A DNA stretch of 64,000 bases from a virus (taxonomy: Duplodnaviria > Caudoviricetes): positions 32,001 through 96,000 of IMG/VR virus record IMGVR_UViG_3300032092_000009; one strand, written 5' to 3'. The translations under genes were made by a program, and so were the position numbers. Below are positions 19,526-27,565 of the stretch, piece by piece; positions within the stretch are counted from its first letter, which is position 1; every line of letters starts with the position of its first letter. A model generated the notes under the pieces. The model was given only the letters and a program-made list of their open reading frames with translations. It was not told the origin of the DNA and searched no databases.

Positions 19526-20113
19526 ATGAGCTACACAAGAGAACAAATCGAAGCGGCTATGAAAGCCAAAGGTTATAAGTACTTTGAGAATGGAGATTTT
19601 AACGTAAACATTATTGGTGTACGTAACTCTTCTACTGGTACTAAAGTAACTAACGTATTTGACGATCACTTAACTCTTTCTTACAAAGAAGGTGGTGAGT
19701 GGAAATTTAAAATCTGGCCTGCTACTACAGATCCAGGAACTAAGGGTGTTAAAGAATTCCATAACGCTGCAGGTGTTGCACGTTTGGTACCTGGTCAATA
19801 CTCAGGTTCACACCATGTAGGATTGCACCAAGGTAAGTACGAAGCCCTTAAGCAAAAGGCTAACGTTAAAGTTTACCGTGATGCTAACAAAGACATGAAC
19901 TATGACGAGTCCAAGATACAAGAAGGCATCTTCGGTATTAATATTCATAAAGCTGGTGCAGACTCTACCTACGTTGAAAACTGGAGCGAAGGTTGCCAAG
20001 TGTTCAAGAAGTCTGCTGACTTTGATGCATTCATGGTTATCTGTAAGAAGGCTGCGGCATTGGGTGGTAACTCTTTCACTTATACTCTTATTGAATCTAA
20101 AGATATCAAGTAA
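19526..20113 (+). CDS. Putative endolysin, L,D-transpeptidase (YkuD)-like His/Cys peptidase, 195 aa
   Basis: NIIGVRN..FDD..TTDPG..PGQY..GINIHKAG..NWSEGCQV; H-x(n)-S-x-G-C catalytic signature; adjacent to a holin-like gene. Confidence 0.7.
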   Translation: MSYTREQIEAAMKAKGYKYFENGDFNVNIIGVRNSSTGTKVTNVFDDHLTLSYKEGGEWKFKIWPATTDPGTKGVKEFHNAAGVARLVPGQYSGSHHVGLHQGKYEALKQKANVKVYRDANKDMNYDESKIQEGIFGINIHKAGADSTYVENWSEGCQVFKKSADFDAFMVICKKAAALGGNSFTYTLIESKDIK

Positions 20114-20584
20114 ATGAAAGGACTTCTAGTAAGTCTTTTCCTAATTCTTTCTATCCCCTGTTCTTCTCAAATCAATGTGATGAAGGCAGGGGATGGTTGG
20201 GATTTAAAGGTAGACTCGGCCTTAGCATTAATTGCTCAAACTGATGTCAACGCTTATACTAGAGTAATAGATGTCTGCCAAGTAATAGACTTCTGGATTA
20301 GCCCCTATTCCTCTAATACAATCTCCCAAGATGGTGGAACTATATTTATCGCTACAGGAGACATAAAAACGAATTCACTCAATAACCTAGCTTGTGTTAT
20401 TGTACATGAAAGTCTTCACTTATACTACTTGTTACATCCAGTAGAACAGTCACAGGACGAAGAAGAACTTAAGTGTTATATCTACGAGTTAGACTTTATA
20501 AAAAAACTACCAACCCCAGAGCCTTGGTTACAGGCAAATGCAATTGAACAATTACATAAATTAACTAAAACAAAAACAAAATGA
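20114..20584 (+). CDS. Exported zinc metallopeptidase-like protein, 156 aa
   Basis: Signal peptide; VIVHESLH (HExxH) with a downstream EELKCY Glu as possible third ligand. Confidence 0.7.
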   Translation: MKGLLVSLFLILSIPCSSQINVMKAGDGWDLKVDSALALIAQTDVNAYTRVIDVCQVIDFWISPYSSNTISQDGGTIFIATGDIKTNSLNNLACVIVHESLHLYYLLHPVEQSQDEEELKCYIYELDFIKKLPTPEPWLQANAIEQLHKLTKTKTK

Positions 20585-22479
20585 ATAAACTATTTAAAGT
20601 AATCATCGGGGTGTTGACATTGTTGGTTGGCAATGTATCAGCACAAAGTTCTGCTACCTCTCCAGGTACAGGTCATTGGGTTGTAATCGACTCAGGTTAT
20701 CAAGTAGCTACAAACACTGTAGGACAGACTGTAGCTCCTCTACACTTCTACAATACCTCTACTTCTGAAAAGATCACAGGTATGCAGTTCCGTGTATTCT
20801 ACGATAAGACAGCTTTCACAGCAGTTGTTCCTTCTCTTAAGATTTCTTCTACTGATCAATACTTGCAGTATGTAGATAGTAACACACAAGGTTTCTTAAC
20901 TGTTACATTGGCTTACACTGGATCTAGCTCAACATTTAACTACTCTAATGGAGCTACATTTGATCTTACCTTCACACACGCAAGCGCAGCTGTATGGAAC
21001 ACATTGGATTCTATTAAGACTCTTAAGGTATCAGGTGTTAAATCATTCGCTAACAAAGCCGCTACTAACTGGGGTAACGATACTACTTTAGTAGTTTACT
21101 CTTATGGTGGTCGCTTCAACCAGAAAGTATTAAGATTTGCTGCTAAGTTTAAAAACGTAACAGGTTCTGACGCTAAGAACTTGTGGGTGTCTTTGGAAAA
21201 GAAAGCTCCTTCAGGATCTTGGACTCAAGTAGAAGCTAAAGCAACTAACTCTAGTGGTGTTGTTGTATTCCGTAAATTCTTGGATACTACTTACTGGGAT
21301 GTACGTATGGTTGTTAAGGGAGATACTATGACCCCTGGTAACGTATTCTCTACTGCAGATGCACAGAAAATTAACCAGTCTATTCTAGGTCAATATGTTG
21401 CTTCAGGATTTGACTACTACACTATGGACGTAAACGGAACTGATGGAACTATTTCTATTGCTGATGTTTACTCTGTATACGGACGTTTGGCAGGTAGATT
21501 CTCTGCATGGCCTAATTCTAAGAAGGATGTAATGTTCTTTACAGTTGCTGAGTACAACTCAATTAATGGATCTGCTACTAACTTAACTTCTACTTACTCT
21601 ACTATTAATAACTTTAACTACACAATTGACGGTAGAGATTCTATCACTTACTACGTAGCTGTTAAAGGTGATGCTAACTCTACAGGATTTAAGATGGCTC
21701 GTTTAACACCTATTAAGATTGTTAACCCAGCTAATGCTAAGCGTTACATCATTGACGAGACTGTAGAATACGACTTCCCTGCAGAAACTATTGAGATCAA
21801 CATGCCTAAAGTAACTGTAGACGAAGGTAACTTGGTTAACGTACCAGTTAAAGTACTGACTAACGGAAAGAACTTAGGTGCACTACAATTAGACTTGCGT
21901 TATGACACTGCTTACTTAGAGTTTAAGAAAGTAGAAAACACTGAGAAGATGATGAAGTGGACTTCTTACTTGAACCCTTCTAATGGAATCATTTCTTGGG
22001 GAGCTGCTGACTTGACTAACGAGAACATGCTTAATGACGGAGAGCAAGTATTCACTCTTCAATTTATCGCTAAGAAGCCACAAGACTCTTGGGCTACTGC
22101 AGCTTTGTGGACAGGTGCTAAATACGTAGGAGACAAAAACTCTAAAGACATGAACATTACCCCTGCTATGGGAGTAATTGAAGTACGTAGAATTAACAAG
22201 GGAGTTGTTTCACTTAATGACTTGAACTCTATTATTACTTTTCCTAACCCTACAGAAGGTCCAGTACAAATACAATTCAAGATCAAAGAAGACAGCGAAG
22301 TAGACGTAGCTATCTCTGATGAGGTGGGAAGACGTGTACAAACGATTTTAAGAGAAAGAATGCCTGCAGGTAAGTACAAGTATAATACAAACCTAGATCG
22401 TCTCCCTAATGGCTTCTATGTACTTTCTGTAACAACTCAAAAAGAAATCTTACACTCCAAAATAATCGTACAAAAATGA
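20581..22479 (+). CDS. Exported cohesin / dockerin / cohesin protein with T9SS type A C-terminal sorting domain, 632 aa
   Basis: Signal peptide VSA|Q; cohesin-like ITGMQFRVFYD and VNVPVKV..LGALQLDLRYD..DGEQVFTLQF; dockerin/EF-hand-like MDVNGTDGTISIADV; CTD FPNPT..G..V..LPNGFYVLSV..SKIIVQK. Confidence 0.75.
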   Translation: MNKLFKVIIGVLTLLVGNVSAQSSATSPGTGHWVVIDSGYQVATNTVGQTVAPLHFYNTSTSEKITGMQFRVFYDKTAFTAVVPSLKISSTDQYLQYVDSNTQGFLTVTLAYTGSSSTFNYSNGATFDLTFTHASAAVWNTLDSIKTLKVSGVKSFANKAATNWGNDTTLVVYSYGGRFNQKVLRFAAKFKNVTGSDAKNLWVSLEKKAPSGSWTQVEAKATNSSGVVVFRKFLDTTYWDVRMVVKGDTMTPGNVFSTADAQKINQSILGQYVASGFDYYTMDVNGTDGTISIADVYSVYGRLAGRFSAWPNSKKDVMFFTVAEYNSINGSATNLTSTYSTINNFNYTIDGRDSITYYVAVKGDANSTGFKMARLTPIKIVNPANAKRYIIDETVEYDFPAETIEINMPKVTVDEGNLVNVPVKVLTNGKNLGALQLDLRYDTAYLEFKKVENTEKMMKWTSYLNPSNGIISWGAADLTNENMLNDGEQVFTLQFIAKKPQDSWATAALWTGAKYVGDKNSKDMNITPAMGVIEVRRINKGVVSLNDLNSIITFPNPTEGPVQIQFKIKEDSEVDVAISDEVGRRVQTILRERMPAGKYKYNTNLDRLPNGFYVLSVTTQKEILHSKIIVQK

Positions 22480-22823
22480 ACATTAAAAAAGCACTTGGTT
22501 TTAGCCAAGCAGAACCAGTAGTAGTAGATCCTAAGAATAGGTTCTATTATATGCTACAACAAATGCAAGCCAATCGTTGGAAGATCACTGCTATCGTATT
22601 AGGTTTGTTCTTCTTTATTATCCTTGGTATTAACTCAGCTGTATTCTTCGGAGTAGAGATTGCGGAGAACTGGAAAGAAATGTTGCTTATTCTTTTTGGA
22701 GCATTCGTAGGTAATTTGAACAAAGTAGTAGACTACTGGTTTAATTCTGAAGATCGAGATAAGATGCTAATACAGAAGGTGGATGAGGAAGATGGTGAAT
22801 CATTGTCAAATAATAATCCATAA
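22476..22823 (+). CDS. Two-TM membrane protein (holin-like), 115 aa
   Basis: Two hydrophobic helices, LFGAFVG..VVDYWFNS, acidic tail; ATGA overlap with the upstream gene. Confidence 0.6.
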   Translation: MNIKKALGFSQAEPVVVDPKNRFYYMLQQMQANRWKITAIVLGLFFFIILGINSAVFFGVEIAENWKEMLLILFGAFVGNLNKVVDYWFNSEDRDKMLIQKVDEEDGESLSNNNP

Positions 22824-22827
22824 TAAT

Positions 22828-23151
22828 ATGTCAGAAGAACAAGAAGAAAGCGTAATGTCAGCTACTAAGAAAGCTATCATTGGCGCAGTCACCACTGCTG
22901 TAACTGCAGGAGGTGCATGGTTTGCCACTCACTTTGGTGGCGGTGAAGAACCTAAAGAAGAAGCTAAAACAGAACAAGCACCCGCTGCTGCTCCTGTGAT
23001 TAACTTGAATCTAGAGAACAACAACACTAACCAGCAGAAACAATCTTCAGGTGGAACTACTACTATCATCAAAGAAAGAACAGTAGAAAAACCTGCAGCT
23101 CAATCTGCTCCTGCAACCAAACCACAAGCTGATGAGGAAGATCCTTGGTAA
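22828..23151 (+). CDS. Small membrane-anchored low-complexity protein, 107 aa
   Basis: ATG 22828 after an A-rich leader; AIIGAVTTAVTAGGAWF hydrophobic segment, APVINLNLENNN, ends EEDPW. Confidence 0.7.
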   Translation: MSEEQEESVMSATKKAIIGAVTTAVTAGGAWFATHFGGGEEPKEEAKTEQAPAAAPVINLNLENNNTNQQKQSSGGTTTIIKERTVEKPAAQSAPATKPQADEEDPW

Positions 23152-23839
23152 ATGGTTTAACAAGTTCATGACTCTTGTAGTCTTGACCTTAGCAGGTTGT
23201 GGTTCTATGAAGACTACTACCGAAGAAGATAAAGTGGAGGTTAAAGACATCTCCACTGTATCTAATTATAGTGATTCTATTAAAAAAACAGTACAAGTGG
23301 TAAGCGTAGATATGACCAAGGTACTTGCTCTTTATCCTGCTCTTCAGGAAAAGAACGTAGGTCTTGGATTTGCAGAATCTGTTTTGGATTATTTGGATGA
23401 AACAAACAGATTTATATTTACGGAAGAAAAATCAGAGATCAAAGAAAGAATGGTCACTCAATTCAAAGCATCAAAGAAAGGCGTATTCGATGAGCCTATT
23501 GATGGCAAAGGTAAGATTAAGCCTGCTCACTACTTTGTGTATGTTACTGTGGCTGATTTTGCTGTTGATGAAGACGAGCAAGTTGATGGCCTTAAGTCAA
23601 AAGTTGTTGTCACTACCTTCATTCGTTTACAAGTTCGCTTTGTGGACGCTAAAACAGGTCAGATCTATATTGGATCTGGCGAAGGAGAGTCGACTAAGAC
23701 TGGTGAATCATTCTTAAAATCTTTAGATGATATGAAGTTCTCTCAAAGCACAGTAGGTAAAGCTACTCGTAAATCTTTGGAGACAGCTTGTACTAATGTG
23801 ATTCAAAATCTCATTAAGTCAGGTGTATTTAAAAACTAA
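23132..23839 (+). CDS. CsgG-like (curli assembly / FlgO / TolB-N fold) lipoprotein, 235 aa
   Basis: Lipobox LAG|C; GLGFAESVLDYLDETNRF, GKIKPAHYFVYVTVADF, LQVRFVDAKTGQI..GSGEG pattern typical of the CsgG superfamily. Confidence 0.7.
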   Translation: MRKILGKWFNKFMTLVVLTLAGCGSMKTTTEEDKVEVKDISTVSNYSDSIKKTVQVVSVDMTKVLALYPALQEKNVGLGFAESVLDYLDETNRFIFTEEKSEIKERMVTQFKASKKGVFDEPIDGKGKIKPAHYFVYVTVADFAVDEDEQVDGLKSKVVVTTFIRLQVRFVDAKTGQIYIGSGEGESTKTGESFLKSLDDMKFSQSTVGKATRKSLETACTNVIQNLIKSGVFKN

Positions 23840-25298
23840 AATACTAATACTATTTATGATAGCTCTGTCTCTTCGGGGGCAGAGCTTTATTTATTCGTAT
23901 ACAGATCCGTGTACACAGGAGTTAAAGTTTATTAACGCAGACATGTCTAGTCCTATAGTGATTGCTTACTACGGACAGGTTAAAACTTTCTCCTACACAG
24001 AGTTACAAGATGGTACGTTTGATAATTGGATAAATAGTGTATATTTGAAGTATCAAAGTACATCACCCTGTCAAGGAGTTGGAGTAACAACTACTACAAC
24101 TACCACAACAAATACTACCCTAAACATTGTAAGCAATGTTATGAACCTAGGGGCTATTTCAAATGTTGGTAGTGTAAACGTAGACGTAGGCTCAAGTACC
24201 TCTTCAGGAACAAACATAGGAACAACAAAAACCAATAATAACAATGACAATCGAACTAGTTCTCGGAATCGTACTAGCAGTAGCTCTAGTCGTTCTAATT
24301 CTTCTGGCAGCTCGTCAGGAGAAAATGGAAAATCAAATGATGGAGGAAACTCATCAGAAAATCAAAGTGGGTCTTCATCCAACTCCAACTCCAGTGGAGA
24401 AGGCAGCGGAGAAGGTAATGGAGGAAGCAGTAGCTCCAGCTCCAGTTCCAGTAGTAGTGGAGGAAACTCCAGTGGTAGTGGAACTAGTGGAAGTAGTAGT
24501 GGAAGCTCCCAAGGTGGAGGCGGAAGTGGTGGTAAAACCGAAGAAAAAACGGAAGTACAAACCGAGGAACCCACAGAACAAAAAGTAGAAGAAACTAAAA
24601 CTGAGACTCAAAAATCTCAGTCTACTGGTACTGCAAAAGCTGCAGGAAAAGCTAAAGCCGAAGTTGCTAAGCCTGCAATCTTAGTAACTGGTGATTTAGT
24701 TGGTATTCAGACTAAGTCTGATGGAGCACAAGATGCAAGAGGTACTGCCTCTTTTACTAGAGTAAAGGGAGACGGTACTTCTTCTCTTGGGTTTTCAGCT
24801 GACTACATGGTTAACGCTAGAATAGGAAATATCTCTTGCGTACGTTCCTGGATAGGAGCAAACAAAAAAGGACACAAACATATCAGTGTTGTATCTGATG
24901 GACTTAGCATAATGCCTAAGTCAATGTCAAACACTCTTCTATTTGTAAGAGTTAATTCAGTTAAAAACTTTACAGCGCTCTACGGAGCAGCGGGAACCTA
25001 CGGTAAACTATTTGGAGAAGAAATGATTTCTACCATTGCCATAGGAGGTTTTATGTACAAAGGTAAACTTACTAAGAGTATAGACGCTACAGTTATTATG
25101 GCTGGTATCTATTCTCCTTATTCTAAGTATTACACAGAGTCTATATTTGAAGCTAAGCCTATTGTTATTCCTTTCTTCAACTTTACATATAGAATGACCA
25201 AGACTTTTGGTTTAGGTATTACTGGAGGAGGAACATACGTAGCAGGACAGGATATATTGAACTTTCAATTATTAATGGGAGCTAAGTTATTAATATGA
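23823..25298 (+). CDS. Exported protein: N-terminal Cys-pair domain, Ser/Gly linker, probable C-terminal outer-membrane beta-barrel, 491 aa
   Basis: Signal peptide LRG|Q, YTDPC..SPC, long Ser/Gly tract, alternating amphipathic strands ending LNFQLLMGAKLLI. Confidence 0.6.
   Translation: MYLKTKILILFMIALSLRGQSFIYSYTDPCTQELKFINADMSSPIVIAYYGQVKTFSYTELQDGTFDNWINSVYLKYQSTSPCQGVGVTTTTTTTTNTTLNIVSNVMNLGAISNVGSVNVDVGSSTSSGTNIGTTKTNNNNDNRTSSRNRTSSSSSRSNSSGSSSGENGKSNDGGNSSENQSGSSSNSNSSGEGSGEGNGGSSSSSSSSSSSGGNSSGSGTSGSSSGSSQGGGGSGGKTEEKTEVQTEEPTEQKVEETKTETQKSQSTGTAKAAGKAKAEVAKPAILVTGDLVGIQTKSDGAQDARGTASFTRVKGDGTSSLGFSADYMVNARIGNISCVRSWIGANKKGHKHISVVSDGLSIMPKSMSNTLLFVRVNSVKNFTALYGAAGTYGKLFGEEMISTIAIGGFMYKGKLTKSIDATVIMAGIYSPYSKYYTESIFEAKPIVIPFFNFTYRMTKTFGLGITGGGTYVAGQDILNFQLLMGAKLLI
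24244..24588 (+). CDS. Nested alternative-frame membrane protein, 114 aa
   Basis: A-rich leader ACCAATAATAACA-ATG, clean N-terminal TM helix, Glu/Val/Pro stalk, basic tail KPKKKRKYKPRNPQNKK. Confidence 0.6.
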   Translation: MTIELVLGIVLAVALVVLILLAARQEKMENQMMEETHQKIKVGLHPTPTPVEKAAEKVMEEAVAPAPVPVVVEETPVVVELVEVVVEAPKVEAEVVVKPKKKRKYKPRNPQNKK

Positions 25299-26278
25299 GG
25301 TGGTTAGTTATTCTATTCTTTATTGTAAGCCCTCTAAGTGCACAATTTACTTATTCTGGATACTTGTATAATGCAAATGGATCTGGGGCCAACAACGTAG
25401 CTATAAAACTGTATAGAAGAACTAACTCAACTATTACAGGCTTTACTAATCAGCAGAACTACAACGGGCACTCTTATTACCGTTCTACAGGAACTGCATT
25501 TTGGACTACAGCCAAGACTAACTGCTCTAATATGGGAGGGCACTTAGTAACTATTACAACTTCAGGAGAGCAAAGTTTTCTATATAATCTCTGGCCTTCT
25601 GGATGGATAGGACTAACAGATGAAGTAACAGAAGGTACTTGGAGATGGGTTACAGGGGAAAGTTATTCTTATTCTAACTGGAACTCTGGAGAACCTAATA
25701 ATGCAGGTAACGAAGATTATGTTCAATTTGTATCTAATGGTAGGTGGAATGACTTACCTAATAACTACGCACTTCCTTATGTACTAGAGTTTGAGTATTT
25801 AGTAACTACTTCTTCTTGGACACTCTACAAGACTATATATACTAACTCTTCGGGTTACTATTCTATTTCTGAGACTTACGATCCTTCTAAGGAATACTAC
25901 ATTGAGATAGATGCTCCTACCAGAATTCAATCTTATACAACTTCAGACATTCAAGGAGTATCTAATATTATTCTCGGAAGGAGTGTAAGGAATGGTTTGT
26001 CTTTTCATATGTTTGATGTTAATGAAGACGGAGTAATTTCTATAGCAGATAAGTATTATGTAGCTGCGAGGAAAGCTGGTTTATTCTCTAGATGGAGAAC
26101 AGCTCCTGATGTAAGGATCTTTACTACTGCTCAATACAATTCAATTAAAGCAGCAACAACAAACGTAAGAGCAACCTATCCTGGAGTTACTACTCATACT
26201 ACAACTACCTTAACCTCAGGGGGAAGTTTAAACTTATATATAATAGCTCCTGGCTATGCTGGAGCAGTAACCTACTAA
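25295..26278 (+). CDS. Exported C-type lectin plus dockerin-like protein, 327 aa
   Basis: Signal peptide LSA|Q; CTLD motifs YNGHSYY, C..MGGHLVTI, WIGLTD, EG.W.W, W..GEPNN, WND; dockerin-like FDVNEDGVISIAD. Confidence 0.85.
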   Translation: MRWLVILFFIVSPLSAQFTYSGYLYNANGSGANNVAIKLYRRTNSTITGFTNQQNYNGHSYYRSTGTAFWTTAKTNCSNMGGHLVTITTSGEQSFLYNLWPSGWIGLTDEVTEGTWRWVTGESYSYSNWNSGEPNNAGNEDYVQFVSNGRWNDLPNNYALPYVLEFEYLVTTSSWTLYKTIYTNSSGYYSISETYDPSKEYYIEIDAPTRIQSYTTSDIQGVSNIILGRSVRNGLSFHMFDVNEDGVISIADKYYVAARKAGLFSRWRTAPDVRIFTTAQYNSIKAATTNVRATYPGVTTHTTTTLTSGGSLNLYIIAPGYAGAVTY

Positions 26279-26280
26279 CT

Positions 26281-26727
26281 ATGAAAAAACTATTTATACT
26301 TTGCTTTCTAGTCACTATGATGACTTCTCTGAGTGCTCAATGCTATAAAGTTGACACTGTAACATCAATTGCTTCTGTAACAGAAATAGGAGGAAGACCT
26401 ATAATCTTTGGAGCACAAACAACTTTAGAAGAGATTGCAGCCTCAAAGTACCAACTATGTAATGAGGGCAGTCCTATTTCAGGAACAATCAAATCCATTG
26501 CTATGCCTGAAGAACTCTTAAATATCGTAGGGTTACAGTTTCTTAAGAGAGACTATATTGTAATCACTGAGATAAATCTAAATGGAGTAACTGTTCTTGG
26601 AGAGGCTAAAAAGACTGTCTATGTTAATGCTATGTTTGTTTCTGTAGAAGGTATTCCTCATAACAGAAAAGCTTATTCTAAGGCATTGGAGAAGTCTTTC
26701 AAGAATGGATTTGAGAATTTGAAATAG
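26281..26727 (+). CDS. Exported protein, 148 aa
   Basis: Signal peptide LSA|QC, Cys pair, C-terminal helix AYSKALEKS reminiscent of the end of the CsgG-like protein. Confidence 0.7.
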   Translation: MKKLFILCFLVTMMTSLSAQCYKVDTVTSIASVTEIGGRPIIFGAQTTLEEIAASKYQLCNEGSPISGTIKSIAMPEELLNIVGLQFLKRDYIVITEINLNGVTVLGEAKKTVYVNAMFVSVEGIPHNRKAYSKALEKSFKNGFENLK

Positions 26728-26736
26728 TTTTTGTTC

Positions 26737-27020
26737 CTTCTCATTCTGAGAAGTAGTCTATTTTGACTTTCTATTCTAACTTATATTGCAGCAGTTTTTA
26801 ACCAAATAGCTCTCGGAGCTAAGTCTCTGTTCTGTCCACTTATTGCCTACGGTCTATTACTTGTAGGTCAGAGCACTGCAAACTTCATTAGAACATTTTG
26901 ACACTATCGGAGAAACCTCTTTTCACCTCTGAGGGCTACTCATACTATCCAACTTCTAGCAGATTACTTTTTAATCCTCGTCTGCGAACATTAAGAAATG
27001 GTGTCGGGGGGTCAAAGATA
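26737..27020. ncRNA. Candidate structured non-coding element
   Basis: Largest ORF-free gap. Helices CTTCTCA/TGAGAAG, AGCTC/GAGCT, GCCTAC/GTAGGT, GCAGT/ACTGC, GCAGA/TCTGC, GACACTAT/ATGGTGTC; minus-strand -7 box at 27013-27020. Confidence 0.35.
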
Positions 27021-27081
27021 AAGCGACTTACGTGTAAGTAGATGTCCGTGTGGAAAATTTGTGAAATAAAAGATAGCTAGA

Positions 27082-27354
27082 TTAGAGTCCAGCTACATTC
27101 TGAGCATGCATATAGTCTGTCTGCTGCATAGGTTGATCATCTCCTAGAATAGATTCTAGAGCATAGTCAATATAATCGAAGAGCATTTCTTCTGTGTACT
27201 TCTTTCTATAGGTAAAATCTTTGAATCCTTGATAAAGGGCATCCTTGAATCCACCTATGTCTCCTGCTATCTTGACCTCTTCATCCTGTAAGGCTAGAAG
27301 GAAGAACTCGAATACTTCTTCTGAGGTCGGCTTTTTAACTTTTTCCATCGACAT
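27082..27354 (-). CDS. Small acidic hypothetical protein, 90 aa; only convincing minus-strand gene
   Basis: ATG at 27354 (MSMEKVKKPTSEEVFEFF..), downstream of a minus-strand TATATTTG at 27373-27380. Confidence 0.7.
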   Translation of the reverse strand: MSMEKVKKPTSEEVFEFFLLALQDEEVKIAGDIGGFKDALYQGFKDFTYRKKYTEEMLFDYIDYALESILGDDQPMQQTDYMHAQNVAGL

Positions 27355-27372
27355 AGCAGTAATTGTTTGATA

Positions 27373-27380
27373 CAAATATA
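27373..27380 (-). promoter_or_regulatory. -7 promoter element
   Basis: CAAATATA reads TATATTTG on the minus strand; the -33 position reads TAG rather than TTG. Confidence 0.55.
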
Positions 27381-27511
27381 GGTTTAAATAAAGTTTTGTC
27401 TATAGTGTTTATCTAATTCCCTGAGACATCTAAAATAATTATCTAGGTTACAAATTGAGTTAACACGTGTAACATTTGATATTAATTACTGGTTTAGACT
27501 TAACATTTAAC

Positions 27512-27541
27512 TTGACTTTTTTTGTTACAATCGTATATTTG
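27512..27541 (+). promoter_or_regulatory. Bacteroidota-type promoter for the packaging operon
   Basis: TTG 27512-27514, N19, TATATTTG 27534-27541. Confidence 0.75.
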
Positions 27542-27565
27542 TTTAGCAAAAAACAAACCAAACCA

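Noticed and set aside
23132-23839. Complete curli (csg) operon
   Set aside because: Only a CsgG-like fold is supported; no curlin repeats or clear CsgE/CsgF were seen, so no gene symbol is assigned.
24362-24611. Minus-strand Leu/Pro- and Thr/Ser-rich ORFs
   Set aside because: Reverse-complement shadows of the low-complexity tract.
20114-26727. Host chromosomal DNA or assembly chimera
   Set aside because: Same strand, base composition, codon style and leaders as flanking phage genes, and it abuts the endolysin stop with no gap.
26728-27081. tRNA, CRISPR array or group I intron in the non-coding gap
   Set aside because: No T-loop GTTC(G/A)A cloverleaf, no spaced direct repeats, and no interrupted gene around it.
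27476-27565. ORF-track TTG start extensions (also 2251, 41109 and minus-strand 27375) and the ATG at 22783
   Set aside because: They overlap promoters, terminators or upstream genes; downstream ATGs with A-rich leaders fit better.
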